Numbered from the stretch's first letter, positions 1 through 9,935 are shown. The stretch: 32,000 nucleotides of DNA from Vibrio vulnificus CMCP6 (GCF_000039765.1 NC_004459.3:1290001-1322000), one strand, 5' to 3'. The notes: generated by a model from the letters alone, not told the origin. Program-made: numbers and translations.

Positions 1-21
1 CCTTGCTAAATAGGCGTGCCT

Positions 22-2475
22 ATGTCAGACGTTATTCAAAACGATCCTTTTGCCGATCGTGAATCAGAAAATTACGAAAATCCCATTCCAAGTCGTGAGT
101 TTATTTTAGAGTTTCTCGAACAAGCTGGCGTACCGATGAATCGCAATGATTTGTTCGAAGCACTGCAGTTAAAAGACGAAGATCAATATGAAGGGCTAAG
201 ACGCCGTTTGCGTGCAATGGAGCGCGATGGGCAGCTCGTCTTTACTCGTCGTCAATGCTATGCCTTACCTGAAAAATTGGAAATGATTAAAGGGTACGTG
301 ATTGGTCACAAAGACGGCCACGGTTGGGTTAGACCAGAAGGCAGCGTGAACAAAGACGATGACATTCTGCTGCCTCATCACCAGATGAAAACCTTGATTC
401 ATGGCGATTTCGTTTTAGTGCAACCGACGGACAACAGCAAGCGCGGCCGCAGGGAAGGGCGTTTAGTGCGTGTGTTGGACGAGCGCAAAGCGCAAATCGT
501 TGGGCGTTTTTTCCTTGAGTATGGCTATTCCTATGTGGTGCCGGATGATTCACGCATTAGTCATGACATTCTCATCCCAAATGAGCACAAAGCGGGCGCT
601 CGCATGGGCAACGTGGTGGTGATTGAAATCACCGATCGTGGTGCTCGCTCACGTGGCATGATGGGCAAAGTGGTGGAAGTGTTGGGCGAAAATATGGCGC
701 CGGGTATGGAAACGCAAATTGCCATTCGTACACACCAAATCCCTCATGAGTGGCCGGAAGAAGTCGATAAACAGATCGCGAACTTAGGCGAAGAAGTGCC
801 TGAAGAAGCGAAGGTTGGTCGCGTGGACTTACGTCAACTGCCGTTGGTCACCATCGATGGTGAGGACGCTCGTGACTTTGATGACGCGGTTTACTGTGAG
901 AAGAAAAAAAGCGGCGGCTGGCGCTTATGGGTGGCGATTGCGGATGTGAGCTACTACGTTCGCCCTGACTCGGCGCTCGACAAAGAAGCGATCAACCGCG
1001 GTAACTCGGTTTATTTCCCATCACAAGTCGTTCCTATGTTGCCAGAAGTGCTGTCCAATGGCCTCTGTTCGTTGAATCCTCAAGTGGATCGCTTGTGTAT
1101 GGTGTGCGAAATGACCATTTCAGATAGCGGTAAGCTGTCAGGTTACAAGCACTATGAAGCGGTGATGAATTCCCACGCCCGCTTGACTTACACCAAAGTA
1201 AGCCAAATCCTTGAAGGGGATGAAGAGCTGCGTGAGCGTTACGCGCCACTGGTGCCACACCTTGAAGAGTTGCATGCGATGTACAAGGTGCTCAAAGAAG
1301 CGCGTGATCAGCGCGGGGCGATTGAATTTGAAACCGTGGAAACCAAGTTCATCTTTAACGCCGAACGTAAGATCGACCGTATTGAGCCTGTGATTCGTAA
1401 TGATGCACACAAGATCATCGAAGAATGTATGATCATGGCCAACATTGCGTCTGCCTCGCTGGTGGAAAAAGCCAAAGAGCCTGCGCTCTATCGTATTCAC
1501 GAATCGCCAGGAGAACTTCGTCTGCAAGGCTTCCGCGATTTCTTGGGCGAGTTAGGCTTAGATCTGAAAGGGGGCTTGGAGCCATCACCGACAGATTATG
1601 CGGATTTGGTGAAGCAAATTGGCGAACGTGCCGATAAAGAGCTGATCCAGACCATGTTGCTGCGCTCAATGAAGCAAGCGGTGTACAACGCAGATAATGC
1701 CGGCCACTTTGGTTTGGCCTTGCAGCGCTACGCGCATTTCACCTCGCCGATTCGTCGTTATCCGGATCTGTTGTTGCATCGTGCGATCAAATATCTGATC
1801 GCTAAAGAGAAAGGCCAAAATCAAGATCGCTGGACGCCAACGGGTGGTTACCACTATTCATTTGATGACATGGATTTCTATGGCGAGCAGTGTTCAATGA
1901 CCGAGCGTCGCGCCGATGACGCCACACGCGATGTTGCCGATTGGCTCAAATGTGAATACATGCAAGATCACGTGGGTGACGAACTTGATGGGGTGATTGC
2001 CAATGTCACCAGTTTTGGTTTCTTTGTTCGTCTGACGGAATTGCACATCGATGGTTTGGTGCACATTTCGACGCTGGCCAATGACTACTATCAATTTGAT
2101 CCGATTGGTCAACGACTTATCGGTGAAAGCTTTGGTCACATTTACCGTTTAGGCGACGCCGTCAAAGTGAAAGTGCTGGCGGTGAACTTAAATGATAAGC
2201 AAATTGACTTTGAATTGGTGGGAACAAGCCGTAAGCTACGCGGCGAAGGCAAAACCGCGAAGAAGCGCGTCGCGGAAGCGAAAGAGAAAGCCAAAGCGAA
2301 GAAAAAAGGTGTCGCTCGAGCATCGAAAGCGCCAATGCGTCACGAACCTGTCGTCGAACCGACCAAGCGTCCGGAAGAAAAAGACGGCAAGAAAAAGAAA
2401 GTGAAAAAAGCGCAGAAGAAAAAACCACACAGTAAACCGAAGAAAGCCAAGCGCAGTAAAAACGCGGCGGAGTAA
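22..2475 (+). CDS. rnr: Ribonuclease R (RNB-family 3'-5' exoribonuclease) with S1 domain and Lys-rich C-terminal tail
   Basis: ORF 16..2475. The N-terminus [18 protein letters not shown] parallels E. coli RNase R (MSQDPFQEREAEKY), so ATG at 22 is preferred over GTG at 16. RNB-region motifs are present ([14 protein letters not shown]; [19 protein letters not shown]), as is an S1-like segment ([15 protein letters not shown]) and a K/A/E-rich basic tail. Confidence 0.95.
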   Translation: MSDVIQNDPFADRESENYENPIPSREFILEFLEQAGVPMNRNDLFEALQLKDEDQYEGLRRRLRAMERDGQLVFTRRQCYALPEKLEMIKGYVIGHKDGHGWVRPEGSVNKDDDILLPHHQMKTLIHGDFVLVQPTDNSKRGRREGRLVRVLDERKAQIVGRFFLEYGYSYVVPDDSRISHDILIPNEHKAGARMGNVVVIEITDRGARSRGMMGKVVEVLGENMAPGMETQIAIRTHQIPHEWPEEVDKQIANLGEEVPEEAKVGRVDLRQLPLVTIDGEDARDFDDAVYCEKKKSGGWRLWVAIADVSYYVRPDSALDKEAINRGNSVYFPSQVVPMLPEVLSNGLCSLNPQVDRLCMVCEMTISDSGKLSGYKHYEAVMNSHARLTYTKVSQILEGDEELRERYAPLVPHLEELHAMYKVLKEARDQRGAIEFETVETKFIFNAERKIDRIEPVIRNDAHKIIEECMIMANIASASLVEKAKEPALYRIHESPGELRLQGFRDFLGELGLDLKGGLEPSPTDYADLVKQIGERADKELIQTMLLRSMKQAVYNADNAGHFGLALQRYAHFTSPIRRYPDLLLHRAIKYLIAKEKGQNQDRWTPTGGYHYSFDDMDFYGEQCSMTERRADDATRDVADWLKCEYMQDHVGDELDGVIANVTSFGFFVRLTELHIDGLVHISTLANDYYQFDPIGQRLIGESFGHIYRLGDAVKVKVLAVNLNDKQIDFELVGTSRKLRGEGKTAKKRVAEAKEKAKAKKKGVARASKAPMRHEPVVEPTKRPEEKDGKKKKVKKAQKKKPHSKPKKAKRSKNAAE

Positions 2476-2512
2476 TCGGTCCGGTATCTTCTACGAGTAA
2501 ACAGGTTAACTC

Positions 2513-3256
2513 ATGAGTAATGAATTTATTTACGGCATTCATGCTGTAAGAGCCGTTCTGGACAAAGAGCCAGAGCGTTTTATTGAAGCCTATGTGCTAA
2601 AAGGGCGTCAGGATGACAGACTGATGCCGATCCTCAACGAGCTGCAAATGGTGGGCGTGTCACTGCAACAGATGACACGCAAAACCTTGGATGACAAAGC
2701 GCACGGCGCAAACCATCAGGGCATCATTGCACGGGTAAAACCGGCCAAGCAGCTGAATGAGAACGATCTGGATGACATTTTGGCCAAGCACGCTTCGCCA
2801 CTGTTGTTGATTTTGGATGGGGTGACCGACCCACACAACCTTGGCGCATGTTTGCGTAATGCCGATGCTGCGGGTGTGGCGGCGGTAATTGTACCGAAAG
2901 ACAAGTCAGCACCGATGACCGCGACCGTCAGTAAAGTGGCGTGTGGCGCAGCCGAAACGGTGCCTTTGGTGCGCGTGACCAACTTGGCGCGCACCATGCG
3001 TCATCTGCAAGAGCAAGGTATTTGGATTGTGGGTACGGCGGGTGAAGCAACGCACGATATCTATCAAGCGAAGCTGACGGGCTCTTTGGCCATTGTGATG
3101 GGTGCAGAAGGGGATGGCATGCGCCGTTTAACCCGTGAAACCTGCGATGACTTGATCAAAATCCCAATGGCAGGGGCGGTTTCTAGCCTCAATGTTTCCG
3201 TGGCCTCTGGCATCTGTTTGTTTGAAGCGGTGCGTCAGAGACTGGCATCACAATAA
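2513..3256 (+). CDS. rlmB: 23S rRNA (guanosine-2'-O)-methyltransferase RlmB (SpoU/TrmH family)
   Basis: 247-aa ORF. It is near-collinear with E. coli RlmB ([12 protein letters not shown].., [51 protein letters not shown]) and sits directly downstream of rnr, as in enterobacteria. Confidence 0.93.
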
Positions 3257-3291
3257 CCACTTCGGTATAGTGAGCGGATGAAATTGAACAC

Positions 3292-3320
3292 AAGGATGGC
3301 AATGACCATCCTTTGTTTTT
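3292..3320 (+). terminator. Rho-independent terminator after rlmB
   Basis: 8-bp stem AAGGATGG (3292-3299) / CCATCCTT (3306-3313), loop CAATGA, followed by TGTTTTT. Confidence 0.7.
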
Positions 3321-3346
3321 AGTGAGCCAAGTTTAGTGAGCCAAGT
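3320..3346 (+). repeat. Perfect tandem direct repeat TAGTGAGCCAAGT x2, immediately upstream of the gph start
   Basis: The 13-mer occurs at 3320-3332 and again at 3334-3346, separated by 1 nt. A third partial copy (AGTG) abuts the ATG at 3351. Confidence 0.9.
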
Positions 3347-3350
3347 AGTG

Positions 3351-4037
3351 ATGACTCAACAAGAGATAAAATTAATCGCCTTCGACCTTGATGGCACCTT
3401 GCTAGACAGCGTGCCAGATTTGGCCGTTGCGGCGGATCAAGCGACACGTGCAGTCGGTTTTCCGGGAGTAACCGAGTTGCAAGTTCGTGATTACGTCGGT
3501 AATGGCGCAGACATTCTGATTGGTCGTGCCTTGAGCCAAAGCTTAACCATCAACCCAGAGTTGAGTGATGAATTGAGAGCTCAGGCGCGTGAGCTGTTTG
3601 ATGATTTCTATCAGCAAACTGGTCATAAGCTTAGCCACCTCTACCCAACGGTGAAAGAAACGCTGAAAGAGCTGCACCAAGCGGGCTTCACCTTGGCGTT
3701 GGTGACCAACAAACCCAGCAAGTTTGTTCCGGATGTGTTGCAGCAGCACGGCATCGCTGATTACTTTGTCGATGTGCTCGGTGGTGATTCATTCCCAGAG
3801 AAGAAACCCAACCCAATCGCACTCAATTGGCTCATGGAAAAACATCAGATTCAGCCAACCGAGATGTTGATGGTGGGCGACTCTAAGAACGATATTCTGG
3901 CAGCAAAAAATGCTGGTTGTGCCTCGTTTGGTTTGACCTATGGCTACAACCATGGCGAACCTATTGCCGCCTCTGAGCCGGATTTCGTTGCCGATAGCTT
4001 GGCGCAATTGCTTGATGTGGTGCTCGTTTCTGCTTGA
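3351..4037 (+). CDS. gph: Phosphoglycolate phosphatase (HAD superfamily)
   Basis: HAD motifs are present: FDLDGTL, LVTNKP, KKPNP, VGDSKNDILAAKNAGC..GLTYGYN. The protein is collinear with E. coli Gph. ATG at 3351 is preferred over the in-frame GTG at 3336, but neither has a good SD, so the start is uncertain by 15 nt. Confidence 0.88.
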   Translation: MTQQEIKLIAFDLDGTLLDSVPDLAVAADQATRAVGFPGVTELQVRDYVGNGADILIGRALSQSLTINPELSDELRAQARELFDDFYQQTGHKLSHLYPTVKETLKELHQAGFTLALVTNKPSKFVPDVLQQHGIADYFVDVLGGDSFPEKKPNPIALNWLMEKHQIQPTEMLMVGDSKNDILAAKNAGCASFGLTYGYNHGEPIAASEPDFVADSLAQLLDVVLVSA

Positions 4038-4109
4038 AGTGCGATTCGTCTCCGCTCAATGCGGTGAAAACCACTAGAAAAATACTCGCTAATGAGTACA
4101 CTGAGAAAA

Positions 4110-4135
4110 CCGTGCGCTGAGTCTGCACGGTTTTT
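4110..4135 (+). terminator. Rho-independent terminator between gph and trpS
   Basis: Stem CCGTGC (4110-4115) / GCACGG (4125-4130), 9-nt loop, then TTTTT. An A-run lies upstream. Confidence 0.6.
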
Positions 4136-4172
4136 CATTTATTTAGATTAAGAAGTCAAAGGAATCATCCCC

Positions 4173-5189
4173 ATGAGCAAACCCATCGTATTGAGTGGTG
4201 TTCAACCGTCAGGTGAACTAAGTATCGGTAACTACTTGGGTGCTCTACGTCAATGGCAACAGATGCAAGACGACTATGATTGCCAATACTGTGTGGTAGA
4301 CCTTCATGCGATTACGGTTCGTCAAGATCCGAAAGCGCTGCATGAAGCGACCCTCGACGCATTGGCCATTTGTCTCGCAGTTGGTGTTGATCCGAAGAAG
4401 AGCACGCTATTTGTTCAGTCACATGTACCAGAACATGCTCAACTTGGTTGGCTTCTTAACTGTTATACCCAAATGGGTGAATTGAGCCGTATGACTCAGT
4501 TCAAAGACAAATCAGCCCGTTACGCCAACGATGTTAACGTTGGTTTGTTTGGTTACCCAGTGTTGATGGCGGCAGACATCCTCCTTTACGGTGCACATCA
4601 AGTACCCGTGGGCAGCGATCAGAAGCAGCACCTAGAACTGGCTCGCGATATCGCGACACGTTTCAACAACATCTATTCACCAGAAAACCCAATTTTCACC
4701 ATTCCTGAGCCGTACATTCCAACGGTGAACGCGCGTGTTATGAGCCTACAGGATGCGACGAAGAAGATGTCGAAATCGGATGATAACCGTAAGAACGTGA
4801 TCACTCTGCTTGAAGACCCGAAATCGATCATCAAAAAGATCAACAAAGCGCAAACCGATACCGAAACGCCGCCACGCATTGCCCATGATTGGGACAATAA
4901 AGCGGGCATTTCCAACCTGATGGGACTGTACTCTGCGGCCACTGGTATGAGCTTTGAAGAGATTGAAGCCAAGTACCAAGGCGTAGAAATGTATGGTCCA
5001 TTCAAGAAGGATGTCGGTGAAGCATTGGTGTCGATGCTTGAGCCGATTCAAGCGGAATATCACCGTATTCGTGAAGATCGTGGCTACATGAATGAGGTGA
5101 TGCGCCAAGGGGCAGACAAAGCATCAGCACGCGCAGCGGAAACGCTAAAGAAAGTATACGAAGTGGTTGGCTTTGTTGGTCGCCCTTAA
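4173..5189 (+). CDS. trpS: Tryptophan--tRNA ligase
   Basis: 338 aa, collinear with E. coli TrpRS ([28 protein letters not shown]; KMSKS motif as KKMSKSD). SD AAAGGAA lies upstream. Confidence 0.96.
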   Translation: MSKPIVLSGVQPSGELSIGNYLGALRQWQQMQDDYDCQYCVVDLHAITVRQDPKALHEATLDALAICLAVGVDPKKSTLFVQSHVPEHAQLGWLLNCYTQMGELSRMTQFKDKSARYANDVNVGLFGYPVLMAADILLYGAHQVPVGSDQKQHLELARDIATRFNNIYSPENPIFTIPEPYIPTVNARVMSLQDATKKMSKSDDNRKNVITLLEDPKSIIKKINKAQTDTETPPRIAHDWDNKAGISNLMGLYSAATGMSFEEIEAKYQGVEMYGPFKKDVGEALVSMLEPIQAEYHRIREDRGYMNEVMRQGADKASARAAETLKKVYEVVGFVGRP

Positions 5190-5215
5190 TTCGGACATAT
5201 TTTTTGACTATTTTG

Positions 5216-5241
5216 AGGTCGCCGTTAGGCGACCTTTTTTA
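5216..5241 (+). terminator. Rho-independent terminator after trpS
   Basis: Stem AGGTCGCC (5216-5223) / GGCGACCT (5228-5235), loop GTTA, followed by TTTTTT. Confidence 0.85.
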
Positions 5242-5411
5242 TTATTATAAATCCACTAATTTATACATTGCTAATATAAGCTAAATTTCATATCACATCT
5301 CAATAATTACAACTGAGTTGTAGCTCTAATTTATTTAAATTCATTTCATATTATTTATATTGATTCTTTTATCTGTTGAAAATATAAATCAGCCCATATT
5401 AATAGTTTTAT

Positions 5412-5433
5412 AATTGTGAAACATTTCGCATTT
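5412..5433. promoter_or_regulatory. Candidate CRP-cAMP binding site in the porin/xds upstream region
   Basis: aatTGTGAaacattTCGCAttt compared with the consensus TGTGA-N6-TCACA: one core mismatch, A/T flanks as in the consensus. It lies in the AT-rich spacer about 230 nt upstream of the porin ATG. Confidence 0.4.
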
Positions 5434-5659
5434 AGACTGCATCTCACTTTTCTTTTTTCACCAAATAGAGACATTACTCTAGTTTATTAATGTGCTGGTT
5501 AAACCCTAACCGTTGTTGCCTTCAGATAAGGTGACTGGCTTTGTGCGCCCAAAATTTGACCGATATCTATTTCGTTGGCCAATCACTGAAATAACAGAGC
5601 CCTGTTTAACCGATACAAACAAATTCCCAAATTGGATATCGAGATACAAGGAAATAGCA

Positions 5660-6751
5660 ATGTTGAAACGAAATGCAGTGGCAATGGCGATCTCCTCGCT
5701 ATTGATGGCGTCCGCAGCGCAAGCCGCCACCATCTACGAAAATGAGAACGGAGACTATCTCAAGCTGTATGGTGAAGTCGGCGTGGGTGGCCACATTGGT
5801 GCGAACTTTGAGTATGGTGAGTTTTACACCGACGAGAAAAGCTACATTGATGACTCTTTCGCAACCATGGGTGTGCGTGGCAAGAATGGCCGAATGCACT
5901 ACCGCTTAGAGTTGGATTATGAGCGCGAAAACTGGCAATACGGATCGGGTGATTTAGTCCTGAGCATCGATAAATTGTTCCTCGGCTATGACTTGCTGGA
6001 AAGCAATGATTTCAACCAATACATCGAAGTGGGCTTAACCGATACCGCGTTTGACGACTACGACAAATGGGGTGACTTCACGTTTGATACCACGGTAGAA
6101 ACTGGTGAAGCGGGTGACCAAGATATGACCATCAAATACGAAGGTCGATTCTTCTCGGACATCAAAGTGGGGGCGTCATACACCTACGGTGGTAAATCGT
6201 CATCGGGCTCTGAGCTAGGCGATATCGTCAATGGTTACTTGGGTTACTTTGGTGAGCGCTTCTCTGCGGTTGTTGGTCTAGAAGGCCGTGGTGGCTCTGA
6301 TGGTAAGTCGAAATACGGTGAACAGCAGCTGCTTGGTTTTGGTGCGCGCTTTGCGGTAACAGAGGCGATCCATTTAGGCTTTAACGCCTTCCTTGAGAAA
6401 GAAGACATTGCTCAAGATAAAACCTTGGTCTCAACCGATCCGACAACAGGTGAGAGAAGCTACGTTTACAACAATTTCCAAACGGAAGAAAACAAAGGTG
6501 CGCTTGTGTCGGCTAAGTACATCTTTACCCCTCAGTGGGAGTTCACTGCATCGTACAACTTCGAGCAGTACGAGAAGTGGGATAACACCAGCGATGTTTG
6601 GGATGGTAAAGACAACAGCTGGGGTAAAGAGCGAGTTTGGGGCACCTTGGGTGTGAACTACAAACCAACCAAGTCAACCGTGATTGCATTGGAAATGAAC
6701 ACGGGTGAAGCGGCACAAGATGCGTATGCATACGCACGTGTGTACTTCTAA
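5660..6751 (+). CDS. Outer-membrane porin-family beta-barrel protein
   Basis: The internal ATG at 5660 gives a typical Sec signal peptide (MLKRNAVAMAISSLLMASAAQA/A). The mature N-terminus ATIYENENGDYLKLYGEVG resembles general porins (AEIYNKDGNKLDLYGK type). The sequence is rich in alternating Y/G/D strands, and the C-terminus ARVYF ends in Phe as in OMP barrels. The 5513 start given in the track would place 49 non-signal residues ahead of the signal peptide. Confidence 0.75.
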   Translation: MLKRNAVAMAISSLLMASAAQAATIYENENGDYLKLYGEVGVGGHIGANFEYGEFYTDEKSYIDDSFATMGVRGKNGRMHYRLELDYERENWQYGSGDLVLSIDKLFLGYDLLESNDFNQYIEVGLTDTAFDDYDKWGDFTFDTTVETGEAGDQDMTIKYEGRFFSDIKVGASYTYGGKSSSGSELGDIVNGYLGYFGERFSAVVGLEGRGGSDGKSKYGEQQLLGFGARFAVTEAIHLGFNAFLEKEDIAQDKTLVSTDPTTGERSYVYNNFQTEENKGALVSAKYIFTPQWEFTASYNFEQYEKWDNTSDVWDGKDNSWGKERVWGTLGVNYKPTKSTVIALEMNTGEAAQDAYAYARVYF

Positions 6752-6774
6752 TCGGTCAGAGAGGATTTAGGGAA

Positions 6775-9700
6775 ATGAACAAAAAAATGACTTTGCTTGC
6801 TGGTGCGATTAGTAGCGTGTTAAGTGGCGCAGCGCTGGCAGATATTAATGACATCATCATCACTGAGTATGTTGAAGGTTCAGCGAGCAACAAAGCGGTA
6901 GAAATCAGTAATATTGGTACAAGCAATTACACTTTTGATGGCACGCTATCACTGTATTATTCGTCTTATAAAAATGTTATCAAGAATTCAAAAGGTCAGA
7001 ATGTACTTGAAGGCATCACTTTAGCACCAGGAAAAAGTATCGTGGTTGTGAATGGTGATTCAAGTACAGAACTTCGCCAGTACGTAGAGCGCCTCGGTGG
7101 TAAGGATGCTCTTGTTGTCGCTGGTACTTACGATCAAGTTCAGCATTCAGCAATGAATTTTAATGGTGATGATGCGGTTTGGCTAGGTGTTGGCTCTGAT
7201 GCTTCTGGCGTTAAAGATATTTTTGGTAACTATGGACATAGTGGCGACAAGATCTGGGCTGATCAAACCATGCGCCGTAAGTCAGGATCTAAACCATCTA
7301 CGACTTACCAAGAGGCGGAGTGGGAGAAACTGAGCATCAATGCCTTTGGTGGTTTAGGGCATCCAACGGATGTGAACGATGAGCCACTTCCTCCTCCTCC
7401 AGCAAATCTGCCTTGTACTGATGCAGAGGGCACAGTTAGCCACAAAACCATCGGCGAAGTGCAAGGTGAAGCTTACTCCTCTCCTTTGATTGAATCGGGC
7501 TATACCTCAAAAGACGAATATCTTGTCACGGGTGTGGTCAGTGCTGTGGCCACTTCGTTGGTTAAAGGTTTTTATCTGTACGATGACAATGCCGATGGCA
7601 ACGTGAAAACATCGGACGGTGTTTTTGTGAAAACATCGGGCGCGGTAAGTAAAGATATGATCGGCCAGCAGATTTGTGTGCGCGCTAAGGTCAATGAAGA
7701 CTACGGTATGACCACGTTGCTGCCAACGGGCAATATTTGGGAAGTGAAAAACAGCACACCTGTTGCAGTGACACCGGTAAAACTGGAGCGTATCGATAGC
7801 GACGATGAAACATTCCGTTCAACGCTAGAGCGTCTTGAAGCGATGCCAGTGGTGCTGGTGGAAGATATGGATGCCGCGGAAGGCAACCAGGATATGCGTG
7901 TATCACGTACGTTTAGCTTTGACTACAGTGCGAAGCGCAACAATATGGTCATCGCTTATAAGCGTCCAAACCCGCAACCAAACCAAGACCATGTAGCGGG
8001 CAGCGATGCCGCGAAGGCGCAAACCGCGCAAAACAAAGATTACCGCATTGTGGTGGAATCGGATGAAAAACCAGCCGATGGTAAGATCCCATACTACCCA
8101 GAGTTCGCTAGCGATCCACACAACAACTACATCCGTATTAACGATTCCGTTGTAGGCATGACTGGGGTACTTCACTACTCATACAATGAGTTCCGTTTGA
8201 TCCCAACAGCCAATGTGACGAAAGCGAATTTTGTTCACAACACACCACGCACATCGTCGCCAGTGATTAAAGAGTCGTACGGGGATGATGGCTTTACCAT
8301 CAAAGTCGCGACGCAAAACGTGTTGAACTACTTCAACTCGCCATACGGTGGTCATGACAACCAGTTTGGTGACAACCGTGGTGCAGAGTCTCAGCAAGAG
8401 TTTGAGCGCCAACAAGCGAAAATCGTCGAAGCGATCTACGGCTTGGATGCGGACATCGTTGGCTTGATGGAAGTGGAAAACAACGGTTTTGGTGATTTCT
8501 CGGCGATTCGTGAACTGCTAGAAGCGATCAACGCGAAGTACTACAAAGAAAACTACAAAGATCGTTTTGCGCGTGAGTCGATCCACAACCGTTACGTCTT
8601 TGTCGGGTTTGATAAAAACGGCGACCAAGTGCTGGATCAGTTTGATACGATCGGATCGGATGCGATCACCACGGGCATCATTTACCGCCCATCGAAAGTG
8701 TCAGTGATCGCCGGTAAAGTGATCCCAATGCCTTGGCAGGACGCGCCAATGATCGTCGATGCAGACGGCAAGCCAGTAGTTGATGGTAAAGGTGAGTTGG
8801 CTGAAAGCGGTAAAAACTATCAGCGTAACACCGTTGCCGCGACCTTCCGCGTGCTCAATACAGGTAAACAGCTAACCGTTTCAGTGAACCACTTGAAATC
8901 AAAAGGCTCAACCTGTTGGGATGATTACGTTGGTACCAAAGCGGTCGATGATGATGCGCAAGGCTCGTGTGAAAACTTCCGTGTGGCTTCGACTTACCAT
9001 CTAGGTCAGGAAATGGCGAAGATTGGTGGTGACCAGATCGTTCTCGGCGACATGAACTCTTACGCACATGAAGATCCAATGCTGGTGCTAACGAGTAACC
9101 CGACGAAAAAAGCACTAAAAGCAGCGGATTACATCAAAGTGGGTAATAAGTGGCAGTTCAACGGTGAGCAAGGTCCTGTCATTACTCAAACCTTTGGTTT
9201 TATCAATGCCGTTGACTACAAGACGCCAGCAGGTGAGACCTCTTGGAGCTACTCTTACAATGACGAAGTGGGCTCACTCGATCACCTGTTGATCACCTCC
9301 TCGTTGAAATCACGTCTTGTGGACGCCGTCGATTGGCACATCAATGCGCCAGAATCAACGCTGTTTGACTATTCGAACAAGTACAAAGGCGGTGATTTGA
9401 ATGAAGCGAACCCATTCTACAAAGCAGATGCGTTCCGCTCTTCAGACCACGATTCAGCGCTTGTGACCATTGGTTATAAATACGGTGAAGCGGGTGAAAG
9501 CCAAGTGGTGATCGGCACTAAGAGTGATCGTGCTGACGTTTACTTCCCTGTATCAGAAAGCGTGAAGAACGGCGACGTGGCTGAGCTCACCATTTCGCCA
9601 GCGCCACAAGGTGTGGTTCCTCTGCGTGAAACTGTCGGTAAAGATGGTGCTCAGACACTACGCTTCGATGTGGCTGGTTTGCCAAAAGGTGAATACACCA

Positions 9701-9915
9701 TGACTATGCGTGTGCTTCGCTCAGCAGCAACTCGCGCAGCGGCAGATGAAACGGTGGTAGAAAGCAAATCGATGACGGTTACTGTTGCGAAGCGTGATTC
9801 AAGCAACGTCAAACCAGTTGTACCTGCCTATGATGGTTCTGGTGGTGCATTTGGCTTCGGTGCGCTGCTATCACTGTTCGGTTTTGGTTTCTTACGTCGC
9901 CGCCGTTCGCTATAA
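6775..9915 (+). CDS. xds: Secreted extracellular nuclease of the Xds type (lamin-tail domain + OB-like region + endonuclease/exonuclease/phosphatase domain + GlyGly-CTERM)
   Basis: Signal peptide MNKKMTLLAGAISSVLSGAALA/D. LTD-like N-terminus (IIITEYVEGSASNKAVEISNIG..FNGDDAVWL). EEP catalytic motifs are present (KVATQNVLNYF, GLMEVENNG, VNHLKSKG, LGDMNSY, SLDHLL, RSSDHDSALV). An Ig-like segment covers about aa 880-1020. The C-terminus is SGGAFGFGALLSLFGFGFLRRRRSL. The gene begins 23 nt after the porin gene. Confidence 0.85.
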   Translation: MNKKMTLLAGAISSVLSGAALADINDIIITEYVEGSASNKAVEISNIGTSNYTFDGTLSLYYSSYKNVIKNSKGQNVLEGITLAPGKSIVVVNGDSSTELRQYVERLGGKDALVVAGTYDQVQHSAMNFNGDDAVWLGVGSDASGVKDIFGNYGHSGDKIWADQTMRRKSGSKPSTTYQEAEWEKLSINAFGGLGHPTDVNDEPLPPPPANLPCTDAEGTVSHKTIGEVQGEAYSSPLIESGYTSKDEYLVTGVVSAVATSLVKGFYLYDDNADGNVKTSDGVFVKTSGAVSKDMIGQQICVRAKVNEDYGMTTLLPTGNIWEVKNSTPVAVTPVKLERIDSDDETFRSTLERLEAMPVVLVEDMDAAEGNQDMRVSRTFSFDYSAKRNNMVIAYKRPNPQPNQDHVAGSDAAKAQTAQNKDYRIVVESDEKPADGKIPYYPEFASDPHNNYIRINDSVVGMTGVLHYSYNEFRLIPTANVTKANFVHNTPRTSSPVIKESYGDDGFTIKVATQNVLNYFNSPYGGHDNQFGDNRGAESQQEFERQQAKIVEAIYGLDADIVGLMEVENNGFGDFSAIRELLEAINAKYYKENYKDRFARESIHNRYVFVGFDKNGDQVLDQFDTIGSDAITTGIIYRPSKVSVIAGKVIPMPWQDAPMIVDADGKPVVDGKGELAESGKNYQRNTVAATFRVLNTGKQLTVSVNHLKSKGSTCWDDYVGTKAVDDDAQGSCENFRVASTYHLGQEMAKIGGDQIVLGDMNSYAHEDPMLVLTSNPTKKALKAADYIKVGNKWQFNGEQGPVITQTFGFINAVDYKTPAGETSWSYSYNDEVGSLDHLLITSSLKSRLVDAVDWHINAPESTLFDYSNKYKGGDLNEANPFYKADAFRSSDHDSALVTIGYKYGEAGESQVVIGTKSDRADVYFPVSESVKNGDVAELTISPAPQGVVPLRETVGKDGAQTLRFDVAGLPKGEYTMTMRVLRSAATRAAADETVVESKSMTVTVAKRDSSNVKPVVPAYDGSGGAFGFGALLSLFGFGFLRRRRSL
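9838..9912 (+). other. GlyGly-CTERM sorting signal (predicted rhombosortase substrate tail) of the nuclease
   Basis: S-G-G, followed by a Gly/Phe/Leu-rich hydrophobic helix (AFGFGALLSLFGFGFL) and the basic cluster RRRRSL, at the extreme C-terminus. Confidence 0.75.
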
Positions 9916-9935
9916 GCATAAAGTGTAAACCCTTA

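Noticed and set aside
1138-1527. Antisense and alternative-frame ORFs inside well-supported genes, for example 1138-1527(-), 13507-13917(-), 14149-14628(-), 24849-25286(-), 25766-26194(-) and 31508-31948(-).
   Set aside because: Each lies wholly inside a gene whose product aligns end to end with a known family (rnr, astD, slyD, iaaA, rpsG/fusA). Their translations are low-complexity and Arg/His/Cys-rich, as is typical of non-coding frames.
2230-2460. A-rich low-complexity DNA (GAAGAAAAAA-type runs) that looks like a simple repeat.
   Set aside because: It is in frame and encodes the Lys/Ala/Glu-rich basic tail that is a normal feature of RNase R. It is not an independent repeat element.
5412-5433. 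GTGAAACA, which resembles half of a parS (TGTTNCACGTGAAACA) site.
   Set aside because: The left half of the palindrome is absent. The sequence fits a CRP box much better.
5513-5659. The 49-codon N-terminal extension of the porin ORF given in the track.
   Set aside because: The extension would place non-signal residues in front of an obvious Sec signal peptide. The internal ATG at 5660 gives a canonical signal sequence, so the extension is more likely 5' UTR.
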